This document shows positions 35,203 to 44,248 of a DNA stretch of 47,449 nucleotides, one piece after another. Source of the DNA: Candidatus Magasanikbacteria bacterium RIFOXYB2_FULL_38_10 (GTDB lineage: Bacteria; Patescibacteriota; Patescibacteriia; Magasanikbacterales; UBA10003). The stretch covers positions 1 to 47,449 of the forward strand of contig MFQT01000010.1 in assembly GCA_001783145.1 (NCBI GenBank), given 5' to 3'. Positions within the stretch are counted from its first letter, which is position 1, and each line of letters opens with the position of its first letter. A program made the translations under genes and the position numbers. A model generated the notes under the pieces. That model had not been told where the DNA came from. It did no database searches and saw only the letters and a list, made by a program, of their open reading frames with translations.

Positions 35203-36781
35203 ATGGCAGAAACAGCCAAAGCACCCTTACCACCCGCCGAAGTTTCAGAAAAAAGATTTCCCGAGTTGAAAGAATTAAAAAATCCGGAAACATTGAGACC
35301 AGTGGAGCTGATAGAAAAAGAAGTGGATTCACTTTACGTCCCCACTTGGATGCGCACCGGCAAAAAATTAGAACAGCAACTTTACTGGCCGATTGGAGCT
35401 TTAAATATAGAAAAATCCATATCTCCGGAAAATCTCCCCAAAAACTTGGTTGAACTTTTTAAAAACCCCAACGTGGCCAGGGCTTTTTTGCTTAGCCAAA
35501 ATTTATTAAAAACTCCTAATTTTCAAGGCGGCCTTGTTTACATTTGGCCCACTCGGCTTTGTCCCTTAGGTTGTTCTCATTGTATGTTCGGCGCTCCTAA
35601 ATCAACAGAAAGATTGCGTGGTGCCTTAGGGAATAGATTAACTTCCGAACAAGCCGACAAAGCTATACAATTTACCAACGACATGAAAGCGGACGTGGTA
35701 GCCTTAAGCGGTGGCGGTGAACCCTTGGAAGAACGCGACACCACTTTTAAAGTAATCAGGGAAACCCACGCCACCAACATTCATCTAATCACCAACAGTT
35801 TCTGGGCCGGAGAACAAAAAGGAGCTGCGGAATTTTTTGATGAACTGGAAAAAAATTTTCAAGATCGTGAAGCGTCCAAATTACCCAAAGCTAAATTTGT
35901 TTTAAAACTCAGTTTGGATGAGGCTCACCTGCATCATTTGCCCATGGCTAATATGCATCACATCCTTACTGAATTTTTAGCCAGAAATTTTGCTTTTGAT
36001 TTTGAATTAAGCCAGAAATTTTGCTTTTGATTTTGAATTAAGAATGAAATCCATCTTTAAAGAAGACAAGGCGGTGGCCCAATTTGTTAAAGAGTTGCAG
36101 GAAATGCATCACGGCGCCAAAATAGAAGAAATTAATCCTTACAAAGTGCGTATTTTGTTGGCTCCTGGCAAAGAAATTTTCATCACTTTTAAAAATAGCG
36201 TACCTAGCGGAAGAGGCAAGGTGGCGCAAACAGATGGAATTACAGCTAATTACAACCAAGGCTATGTTGATTTTATTACTTCACAGTTGCCACATAAAAA
36301 AATCAACCCTACCAACCAAGCTTTGGGCGGCGATAATGTGGAATATCCTAATGGCGCAAATTACACTATTGAATATGACGGCTCCACAAAATTATTAGAA
36401 GGCTCTCCTTTAGATAATGTGCCTAACATTGATGATTTTAATTTTGTTGATGCCCAGGCTATGATTTTTAAAGACCCTATTTCTTATTTATCCAGATTGG
36501 AAGGACCGGAAGCTATTTATGCCATTGCCGCAGAAATAGATGCCCAAAAATTGGCGGATTTAAGATACCAAAATGCTTTGTATTATAACTTGGAAAGATT
36601 ATTAGATACACCGAATAAAAGAGTTTATGCCACCATCAGAGCCTTTCAAGTCTTAAAATCAACTCATCCGGAAATTTTTAAGGAAGAAATTGATGATCCC
36701 CAAAAGAAATTTTGGTTAGAAGCAGAAGTACCTACTTTAAAAGAATTACTGGGCTTGGACAAAACAGAAAGCGGGAGCTAA
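35203..36781 (+). pseudogene. radical-SAM protein gene split into two ORFs (35203..36030 and 36044..36781) by a 31-bp perfect tandem duplication that shifts the frame
   Basis: CX3CX2C cluster CPLGCSHC plus SGGGEPL in ORF1. Removing one repeat copy joins ...FAFDFEL to RMKSIFKEDK... in frame (~520 aa). Confidence 0.7.
35980..36041 (+). repeat. perfect 31-bp direct tandem duplication (gccagaaattttgcttttgattttgaattaa x2)
   Basis: Copy 1 at 35980..36010, copy 2 at 36011..36041, identical. Confidence 0.95.
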
Positions 36782-36866
36782 AAGTTTGATAAATTAAAAT
36801 AAGCTTATTTCAGCAAAAATAGGCTTATTTTTATTTTGGCTTAATTGAGTGTACGGAGGGCTGGGG

Positions 36867-36895
36867 TTGACAAAAAGGCTAAAAAGTGATATAAT
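36867..36895 (+). promoter_or_regulatory. perfect sigma-70 consensus promoter TTGACA-N17-TATAAT upstream of sufS
   Basis: ttgaca at 36867..36872, 17-nt spacer, tataat at 36890..36895; AAGGAGGG Shine-Dalgarno 7 nt before ATG 36987. Confidence 0.7.
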
Positions 36896-36986
36896 AAGCA
36901 GTTGCCAGAATGAGTTTTCTGGTGATTGCATTTAATTTGGCGATCTTTAACAGGGCCATAATGGCCACCACAAGGAGGGCGACGAG

Positions 36987-38237
36987 ATGACGAAGCTCCT
37001 CAACATCAAGGGCGATTTCCCAATCCTGAGAGAACCCAGGGGAGACGAAGGTGTTTTCCTGACCTACCTGGACAGCGGGGCATCGTCGCAGAAGCCCGAG
37101 GCGGTGATCAAGGCGGAGGAGCAGTTCTACTGCGCCTCCAACGCCAACATCCACCGCGGTGCCTACCGGCTGGCCCGCAAGGCCACGGAGATGTACGAGG
37201 CCGCGAGGGTCACGGTGGCCGCGTTCATCGGGGCCGGCGATCCCCGGTCCCTCGTCTTCACCAGCGGCACCACCATGGGCACGAACATCGTGGCCCACGC
37301 CTGGGCCGAGGGCAACCTCCAGGACGGCGACATCGTGCTCTTCACGGAGATGGAGCACCACGCCAACATCGTCCCTTGGCACCTGCTGGGCAAGCGCCGC
37401 GACATCAAGACCGCGGCCGTCAAGGTGGACGACCGCGGGGTGCTGGACATGGAGGATCTGAAGGCCAAGCTCACGGCCGGCGAGGGACAGGTGAAGCTGG
37501 TGGCCGTGACCCACGTCTCCAACGTGACCGGGGTGAAGAACCCCGTCAAGGAGATCACGTCTCTCGCGCATCAGTTCGGCGTGGCCGTGCTGGTGGACGG
37601 GGCGCAGTCCGCCCCCCATCTGCCCGTGGACGTGGAGGACATCGGGTGCGACTTCTTCGTCTTCTCCGGCCACAAGATGCTGGGGCCGACCGGCATCGGC
37701 GGCCTCTACGTGCGTCCCAGCCGCTGGAGCGAGATCTCCCCCTTCTTTGGGGGCGGTGACATGATCACGGACGTCACCCTGGAGAACTCGGCCTTCAAAC
37801 CCATGCCCAGCCTGCTGGAAGCCGGTACGCCCAACATCGCCGGAGCGGTGACGCTCGCGGCGGCCTGCGACTACCTCAAGAGCATCGGCATGGAGCGGGT
37901 TGAGGAGCACGTCAGGACCGTGGGCACCTACGCCTGGAACAAGCTCAAGGCCATTCCGGGCGTAAAGGTCTACGGACCCGGCCCGGGAGAGCACAGAACC
38001 GGTTCACTCGTCTCCTTCACCGTGGACGGCGTCAAGAACGACGAGATCATGGCGGAGCTGGACGAGTACGGGGTGGCGGTGCGCGTAGGCCGGTTCTGCG
38101 CCTGGCCCATCTTCAAGCGCCTGGGCTTGGGCAACAACGGGGCGGTGCGAGCCTCGTTCCACATCTACAACAACTACCAAGACGTTGATCTGCTGGCCTC
38201 GGTCATCCGGGGACTCGCCGAGCAGGCGCACCAGTAA
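36987..38237 (+). CDS. sufS: SufS/CsdA-type cysteine desulfurase (class V aminotransferase, PLP-dependent)
   Basis: 416 aa, about 65% GC; PLP-lysine motif SGHKMLGPTGIG; catalytic Cys loop RVGRFCAWP; whole-length similarity to group II cysteine desulfurases. Confidence 0.9.
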   Translation: MTKLLNIKGDFPILREPRGDEGVFLTYLDSGASSQKPEAVIKAEEQFYCASNANIHRGAYRLARKATEMYEAARVTVAAFIGAGDPRSLVFTSGTTMGTNIVAHAWAEGNLQDGDIVLFTEMEHHANIVPWHLLGKRRDIKTAAVKVDDRGVLDMEDLKAKLTAGEGQVKLVAVTHVSNVTGVKNPVKEITSLAHQFGVAVLVDGAQSAPHLPVDVEDIGCDFFVFSGHKMLGPTGIGGLYVRPSRWSEISPFFGGGDMITDVTLENSAFKPMPSLLEAGTPNIAGAVTLAAACDYLKSIGMERVEEHVRTVGTYAWNKLKAIPGVKVYGPGPGEHRTGSLVSFTVDGVKNDEIMAELDEYGVAVRVGRFCAWPIFKRLGLGNNGAVRASFHIYNNYQDVDLLASVIRGLAEQAHQ

Positions 38238-38319
38238 CCTTAGAGTCTCGGCAACCCTTGAACAAAAGAACCAATCTCAAAGGGTGGATTGATTCTTAAC
38301 CTAAGCTAACCCTAAACGT

Positions 38320-38373
38320 AAGGCGTGTGTTAACCGGCCCCTAACAGGACTGGAAAGCACACGCCTTTTTTTA
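38320..38373 (+). terminator. rho-independent terminator after sufS
   Basis: aaggcgtgtg ... cacacgcctt stem followed by TTTTTTT (large loop). Confidence 0.6.
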
Positions 38374-38450
38374 ATTCTTAGCAAGCCTACAGGCGCAAAT
38401 TTATTTGCATCTGGGGCGAGCGACGCAAGGCACAAGCGCCATATCAGTTC

Positions 38451-39884
38451 TTATTTCACCTCTTGCAAATCATGTGGGCCACTTTCCTGCAATCCAGCGT
38501 TGGTGATTTGAACAAATTCTGTGTTCATCTGTAATTCCCCTACCGTGCGAGAATTAGTATAGCTCATGCCGGATTTTAATCCTCCAACAAGTTGTCCTAA
38601 TAACTCATCAACCGGTCCTTTATAAGGAATAATAGATTCCACGCCTTCTGGCACTACTTCATTTAAATCCTTTTTTTCTTGATTAACAGTCTTACGGCGC
38701 TGGGCTACGGCAAAAGAAGCCGAACCACGATACACTTTGTATTTTTTGCCTCCCCTATTCATTAAAATTCCCGGAGACTCATCGGTTCCGGCAAACAAAC
38801 TGCCAATCATTACGCTGTCGGCGCCAGCACCCAAAGCCTTCACAATATCCGCGGATTTTTGAATACCGCCATCGGCAATCACCGGCACGCCAAATTTTTT
38901 AGCCACTTCCGCCGCTTCCAGAATGGCAGTTAATTGCGGCACTCCAGCACCGGCCACAAGGCGGGTAATGCAAGCCGCGCCCGGACCTACACCCACTTTT
39001 ACCGCGTCCACTCCCCATTCGCATAAATCTCTAGCCGCCTCGGCTGTGGCAATGTTGCCAGCTATCAATTCCACCTCTGGCACCACTTCCCGCACTTTTT
39101 TAATGGCATTAAACATCATTTCTGAATGTCCATGAGCAATATCAATTACCAAAACATCAGCTCCGGCCTCTACCAAAGCCTTGGCGCGTTCCAAATAATC
39201 ACCGCGCACGCCAATAGCTCCACCCACAATTAATTGGCCCTTTTCATCAGTGTTAGCCAAAGGATAATTGGTTAAGTGCCCAATATCCGCGCCGGTAATG
39301 AGTCCTACAATACAATCATTTTCATCTACCAAAGGCAATTTTTCAATTCTATTAACCCTAAGTAGTTCCCTAGCCTCATCAAAAGTGGTGTTTTTGTTGC
39401 CTACAATTAATTTGTCCCGGCCAGTCATAATTTCATAAACCAACTGGCTGTCATCATGCGCTAAATTCAAATCGCGGCGAGATAAAACGCCTTTTAATTT
39501 TTTATCGCCATTGGCTACCAATAAACCGCTGATGCCTTTTTCCGCGCTAAATTCTTTGGCTTCTTTAATGGTTCTAAACGGATCAATAATGTAGGGATCT
39601 TCAATGATAAAATTTTGCGCGCGTTTTACTCTTTTAATTTCCTGCGCATTTTCTTCCACTGTCATAAAACGATGGATAATGCCGATGCCTCCAAGACGCG
39701 CCACGGCAATAGCCATTTTCGACTCGGTGACGGTGTCCATATTGGCTGTCACCACCGGAATATTCAAACTGATTTTTTTAGTGAGTTTAGTTTTGGTAAT
39801 GGCTTCGCTCCTGGAGAGCATAGAAGTTTTTTTGGGACGGATTAAAACATCATCATAAGTAAGGGCAAGAGGTATGTGGCGCAT
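38451..39884 (-). CDS. guaB: IMP dehydrogenase with tandem CBS domains
   Basis: 477 aa; TIM barrel, catalytic-Cys loop [14 protein letters not shown] pair, [20 protein letters not shown]. Confidence 0.9.
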   Translation of the reverse strand: MRHIPLALTYDDVLIRPKKTSMLSRSEAITKTKLTKKISLNIPVVTANMDTVTESKMAIAVARLGGIGIIHRFMTVEENAQEIKRVKRAQNFIIEDPYIIDPFRTIKEAKEFSAEKGISGLLVANGDKKLKGVLSRRDLNLAHDDSQLVYEIMTGRDKLIVGNKNTTFDEARELLRVNRIEKLPLVDENDCIVGLITGADIGHLTNYPLANTDEKGQLIVGGAIGVRGDYLERAKALVEAGADVLVIDIAHGHSEMMFNAIKKVREVVPEVELIAGNIATAEAARDLCEWGVDAVKVGVGPGAACITRLVAGAGVPQLTAILEAAEVAKKFGVPVIADGGIQKSADIVKALGAGADSVMIGSLFAGTDESPGILMNRGGKKYKVYRGSASFAVAQRRKTVNQEKKDLNEVVPEGVESIIPYKGPVDELLGQLVGGLKSGMSYTNSRTVGELQMNTEFVQITNAGLQESGPHDLQEVK

Positions 39885-39894
39885 AATTTTAAAA

Positions 39895-40638
39895 TTAAAT
39901 TTCTACAATTAAATCATCATGGGCGGCAGTGGTAGCAGGAAAGATTTTTCTGGCCCGCTCTTCGGCCAAGGCGCGAGACTCCAAAGTAGTAAAGGAATCG
40001 GGCCCAAAATGCACTAAGTATAACTGCTTTACCTTGGCTTCCTGCGCCAACTGCGCCGCCAATTCCGGATTCAAATGGGGCCAAGCCGGATTGGGCGTGT
40101 TAAGAGTGGAACATTCGGAAATTAAAACATCAGCCTTTTGCGCTAACTTTTTAAAACTGTCGCAAACTCCGGTATCAGTACAAAAAGTAATTGCCTTTCC
40201 TTCCAGCAAAAATCGATAACCAAAACAAGGATCGGCATGCACCAAATAACTAGCCTCTTTTAAAAAGGGCAGATTTTGCGCGCCCGGTAGCAACTCTTCT
40301 ACGCTCACCGGATAAGGCAAAAATTCAAAAGGTGCAGCAAAAGGATGGTTACAAACAATGTTTAAAATTTCCTTGGTGCCGGGCTGGCCATAAATGGTAA
40401 GGCCATTTTTAAAATCAAAAGCCGGCAAAGTGTGCAAACCAAAAACATGATCCAAATGAAAGTGGCTTAAAAAAAGACGCACCGGTTTATTTGGGTTGGT
40501 AATATATTGTTGGGCTTTAAAAAACCCACTGCCAGCATCCAAGATAAAATATCCTTCGGCGGCATCAATTAAAATGCTTAAATTCTGACCGGTGCCAGTG
40601 GGGCACCAGCCATTGGTGCCTAAAAAAATAATTTTCAT
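39895..40638 (-). CDS. metallo-beta-lactamase-fold hydrolase (RNase Z/BN-like)
   Basis: 247 aa; HFHLDHVFG motif; low-GC native gene. Confidence 0.7.
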   Translation of the reverse strand: MKIIFLGTNGWCPTGTGQNLSILIDAAEGYFILDAGSGFFKAQQYITNPNKPVRLFLSHFHLDHVFGLHTLPAFDFKNGLTIYGQPGTKEILNIVCNHPFAAPFEFLPYPVSVEELLPGAQNLPFLKEASYLVHADPCFGYRFLLEGKAITFCTDTGVCDSFKKLAQKADVLISECSTLNTPNPAWPHLNPELAAQLAQEAKVKQLYLVHFGPDSFTTLESRALAEERARKIFPATTAAHDDLIVEI

Positions 40639-40749
40639 AAATGTAGTGAGCGGAAATTTTAAAAATATTTTAGCCAGGGACCTGTTAGGAATCTTTTTGG
40701 GCCCTTACAATCTTACAGGAAATTCAGATTTAAGAAAAGAGATAATTTT

Positions 40750-40778
40750 TTTAAAAAAAGCAGGCGTTGGGTGCCTGC
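40750..40778 (-). terminator. rho-independent terminator downstream of the Cys-cluster gene
   Basis: agcaggc...gcctgct stem, U-tract on the minus strand. Confidence 0.55.
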
Positions 40779-40816
40779 TGGTTGGTTGCTGATTTTAAAA
40801 GACTTGAATTTTAAAT

Positions 40817-41491
40817 CTATCTGGCCACATCTTTCGGCTGAGGAGCGGCCTGTCCGTCAAAATATCCTTGTGGATGTTCTGGCGGACATTCCAAAGCTAT
40901 CTCAGTTGGCGACTCTGCCAAAGGTTCAGTCGTTTCTTTCAAACCCAAAATCTCGCGCAATTTATCCAACAGAGAAAAACTGTTGGCTTCCTCAACCTTT
41001 ACGGCTTCTTCGCTAAGACCCAAAATCTGGGCGGCCTTGTTGGCAAAATAGAAAAGATCAGGAAGATGATCAAAAAGAACCAAGCTGGCAATATCGGAAT
41101 CGCCGTCCACCAAAGTATACTGACCGCAAAGACCAAGATACCTTAGGTGATAAAGTTGCTGAAATTCTTTCCACCCCTCATAGCTGGTAAAAGTATATTG
41201 GATTGGCCGGGTACTGGCACAGTGAGGTTCCAAATACTTTTTTTCCAAAGTCACTCGCAAAGAATCACCCTCGCCCCTAATGATTCTTCCTGTAATTTGG
41301 GAAATACCCAAAATATCCTGGCCGTGTCCAGTAAAAGTGGCATCACCTTGGAGTCGCAAGAACATCATTGTACCAAGGACTTGGGCTTTGCTGGGCATAC
41401 AGCCTGGACAGCAAGCGCAAGCCATAGGATGCAAAAGAGAATTGCGAAAGAAACCAATCGCCAAAACCGACTTACCCAAAGCTTCTGACAT
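40817..41491 (-). CDS. hypothetical protein with a C-x-CC-x2-C cysteine cluster (possible metal/redox site); intermediate GC (~47%)
   Basis: 224 aa; HPMACACCPGCMP; no confident family assignment. Confidence 0.5.
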   Translation of the reverse strand: MSEALGKSVLAIGFFRNSLLHPMACACCPGCMPSKAQVLGTMMFLRLQGDATFTGHGQDILGISQITGRIIRGEGDSLRVTLEKKYLEPHCASTRPIQYTFTSYEGWKEFQQLYHLRYLGLCGQYTLVDGDSDIASLVLFDHLPDLFYFANKAAQILGLSEEAVKVEEANSFSLLDKLREILGLKETTEPLAESPTEIALECPPEHPQGYFDGQAAPQPKDVAR

Positions 41492-41643
41492 GATGCGACT
41501 CCCTAGGGTTAAATTTAAATATCAACTGTTTTCAGTTTAGCCTATTTGGCCTGTTTGGTCAAGGAGGGAGACAAGACAAAAGTGAATGATTTTTTGGACG
41601 CAATTGTTGGAAGCGAAAGAAGATATAAAAATTAGATGCAATA

Positions 41644-41694
41644 AAAAAACCGGCAATCGCAGATTTGTCGTTGTGACATTTCTTTGATTGCCGG
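41644..41694 (-). terminator. putative terminator after the flotillin-like gene
   Basis: 9-bp stem ccggcaatc / gattgccgg with a long loop, U-tract on the minus strand. Confidence 0.35.
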
Positions 41695-41759
41695 CGTTAG
41701 CGCTTAGTTGTTGTGCTCAGCGCTCTACCCTTTACAGATAAACTGCTTGGGGGAAAGAG

Positions 41760-43802
41760 TTAATTTTTGCCGAACGCACCAGCCACAGCTTTGGAAAGGT
41801 TGCTGTGCCCCAGAATTGCCGCTGCGGACGAAAAATCCGAGCCACCCCCCTCCACAAGTACTTCGGGCTGTTTGACCATCTCCGGATGGTCCTTTAGCAC
41901 CGTCAAGAGCTCACGGAAAAGAGCCAACTCAAGAGTCTTATCCTGACCAAGAACGGCCACCTGAGCACGCTGGCCTTGTGCCTCGGCTTCCAGTCGCGCC
42001 TTGGCGCCCAAACCAAGCTGTTCATCAGCCTGCTTCTTGATCTGAGCAGCGATCAGCGTCTCCTGCTGATCAGCTTCCGCCTTCTCCTTCTCAGCCTGGA
42101 TACGCGCAGTCTGTGCGATCTTCTCCTGCTGGAAGGTTTCGTTCATCTGCTGAGCAAGCTGCATGCGCTTGCCGGGGATGAGCAGTTCGGGAGGAACGTA
42201 GGGATCACCAAAACGGACATCCCTTGCGATGAGACCGGTCTTGAGAGCTTCCGGCTTGACTCCTCCTTCAACCAGAGCCTCCATCTTCTGCCGCTCATAG
42301 ATCACTTGCAAAACCTTCACGTCGCGGTTGCCCAGGATATTCCTCGACACCGAACGGTAGAGCGGAGTGATTATGCGATCTTCCACCTGCTTCAAATCCC
42401 CGACATACGCCACCACAAAGGGAGCGTTCTCGGGCGTAACCTGAACCAGGATTCGGGAATCGAGCCAGACATCCCATCCTTCAACCTTGTGATTGATGGC
42501 TCCATCGGCCGCTCCCTCCGGAATGTCAACCTTCTCTTCCGACACGGTCTGCACGATGGATCCATCCTTGTCCACCGTGAGGTTGAACGTCCTGCGGATG
42601 TAGCCACCCTCGTACCGCCAAGTTTGTACCCTGGTGTCGATCTTGGTAACCGTGTACGCAAAGGGATTCAAGTAATACTTGCCGGGCAAAAGTACACTTT
42701 CCCAGACACCAATATCGCCCTGCGGAACCAAGGGATTGGACAGATTGGTGAGCGCCATGATGCGCGCTTCTTCCTCGGAAACAGCCTTCAGTCCGTCCAG
42801 TTCGGCCTTGATCTTGTCCTTGCTCACAGGTCCTTCAAGCGACAAGAAGGTCGGAATGGCAACCGGCGCCTTATCATCAAGTTCGGCCTTGGCCGGTTGC
42901 TCGGTGGGGGCAATGGCGGTCTTGGAGAGAACCAGCTTGGACTTCCCGGCTTCCTCTTCTTCCCGCTTGTTAATCTCTTCCAACATTTGATTCAGTCTGA
43001 TTCGCCTCTGACCGATCTCAAGTCTAGACGCTTCAATATATGAAGCGACAATAGACTTGGGAACAATGGGGTCGCCAATGTACTTCTGTCCCACGTTGGA
43101 CTTGACCACGCCAACGAAACCAGCATCAATCTCGGTCTCGTCCACGGGATCTCCAACATCAAACAGGTACCTGTTGACACGGTAAGTACCGGGCTTGAGG
43201 ACAGTCAACTGAAGACCCTTGTATCCTCGCGGAAGGCCGTTTTCAGTATCAATACCCATGAAGTACTGGGCATCCAGGTACTGTTCAAACTCCTTCTCCG
43301 GCCAGCCATCAGCCATATACTGACCATCGGGCAGGGCACGACCATCCTTGGCCGTCAGAACCCTCAACTTGCCAGCTGCCACTTCCACCGTGTTCAGCTC
43401 TTCAATGTCGTTCAACACCTTGAGGAAGAAGCTGAACTGGAATCCGGGAGGCAGGATCTCGGCGCGAGGCCCCTTTTGCCAACCAGTCGCAATGACGCGG
43501 CCGGTAGGCATGTCCGTACCATAGATCCTCTTCAAATGCCCCACCTTGTCCGTATCAATGTAGGTGAAGCTGGTCATGAAAACTAAGAAGCCGGCCAAAA
43601 CAAAAGCCGTAATGGAAATGGCTCGCGTAAGCAAGGAGGACGGCTCTGCGGGAGGGAGATCCTTCTCCACCTCTCCACGCCTGCGCCTGGTCTTGTTGGC
43701 CTCTTCTACAGATGCACGATACTCTTGGTGGATGTTTCTCAGCAATCTGGGAGCGAAAGCCCCCACCAGCACTGCGAGAACTGCCAGAATGAGCAAGGAC
43801 AT
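41760..43802 (-). CDS. SPFH/flotillin-like (YqiK-type) membrane protein
   Basis: 680 aa, about 57% GC; two N-terminal TM segments; C-terminal flotillin-type Ala/Glu/Gln-rich coiled coil (TARIQAEKEKAEADQQETLIAAQIKKQADEQLGLGAKARLEAEAQGQRAQ). Confidence 0.65.
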   Translation of the reverse strand: MSLLILAVLAVLVGAFAPRLLRNIHQEYRASVEEANKTRRRRGEVEKDLPPAEPSSLLTRAISITAFVLAGFLVFMTSFTYIDTDKVGHLKRIYGTDMPTGRVIATGWQKGPRAEILPPGFQFSFFLKVLNDIEELNTVEVAAGKLRVLTAKDGRALPDGQYMADGWPEKEFEQYLDAQYFMGIDTENGLPRGYKGLQLTVLKPGTYRVNRYLFDVGDPVDETEIDAGFVGVVKSNVGQKYIGDPIVPKSIVASYIEASRLEIGQRRIRLNQMLEEINKREEEEAGKSKLVLSKTAIAPTEQPAKAELDDKAPVAIPTFLSLEGPVSKDKIKAELDGLKAVSEEEARIMALTNLSNPLVPQGDIGVWESVLLPGKYYLNPFAYTVTKIDTRVQTWRYEGGYIRRTFNLTVDKDGSIVQTVSEEKVDIPEGAADGAINHKVEGWDVWLDSRILVQVTPENAPFVVAYVGDLKQVEDRIITPLYRSVSRNILGNRDVKVLQVIYERQKMEALVEGGVKPEALKTGLIARDVRFGDPYVPPELLIPGKRMQLAQQMNETFQQEKIAQTARIQAEKEKAEADQQETLIAAQIKKQADEQLGLGAKARLEAEAQGQRAQVAVLGQDKTLELALFRELLTVLKDHPEMVKQPEVLVEGGGSDFSSAAAILGHSNLSKAVAGAFGKN

Positions 43803-43877
43803 GTGTGCCTCCCCAAAAAAGTTAAGGAACCTCTGCCTCTTTTAACTCACCTTGAGCTAATTTAGGCAGTACAAGTC

Positions 43878-43910
43878 ATCTTGACATAATTTACCATTTT
43901 ATGTCAAGAT
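43878..43910. promoter_or_regulatory. 12-bp perfect inverted repeat atcttgacataa-N9-ttatgtcaagat upstream of the flotillin-like gene (candidate operator)
   Basis: Arms at 43878..43889 and 43899..43910; each arm contains TTGACA. Confidence 0.4.
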
Positions 43911-43925
43911 ATTATAAAGTAGTTA

Positions 43926-43954
43926 TTGACAAAAATCTTAAAGTTTGCTACAAT
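43926..43954 (+). promoter_or_regulatory. sigma-70-like promoter TTGACA-N17-TACAAT, probably for rny
   Basis: ttgaca at 43926..43931, 17-nt spacer, tacaat at 43949..43954; about 300-nt leader to rny. Confidence 0.5.
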
Positions 43955-44248
43955 AATCTTATACAACATAATTAATCATTTCGTCTTGATTTTAAAAGCA
44001 GACGGCAAAATTAGTCTAAAATTGGCTGAATAAACAAGCTTGTTTCTTAAAATCACTGGTAAAAGCCTAAAAACAAGCTCAAATCAGAATCGGTTGTTAT
44101 CACTTATGAAACTAAACTCTGGAAAATTAAACTCAAAAGTTTATCTTCCAAACCGCAAATCAGGCGGCAATTTTTTGCTAATCATTCCGCTTCTCTTTTA
44201 AAATCTCCTTAAACAAGGCCCTTTGGGGGACGGTTTAAAAAGAGATTT

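Noticed and set aside
35980-36041. The 31-bp tandem repeat as a CRISPR or minisatellite array
   Set aside because: Only two exactly adjacent identical copies with no spacers. It lies inside a coding sequence and is best explained as a duplication that breaks the radical-SAM gene.
36879-37994. 371-aa minus-strand ORF covering the sufS region
   Set aside because: It is antisense to the clearly homologous SufS reading frame, has a His/Gly/Arg/Val-rich composition typical of shadow ORFs in high-GC DNA, and has no motifs. Promoter and Shine-Dalgarno support the plus-strand gene.
41976-43043. 355-aa plus-strand ORF inside the flotillin-like gene
   Set aside because: Antisense shadow ORF in a GC-rich gene: low-complexity L/S/R-rich translation, no start context.
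18262-43860. Integrase, transposase, tRNA att site or target-site duplications flanking the GC-rich blocks
   Set aside because: I looked on both strands around each junction. There are no recombinase-like ORFs, no tRNA-like sequence and no direct repeats of 8 bp or more at the borders. The blocks therefore cannot be called mobile elements from sequence alone.
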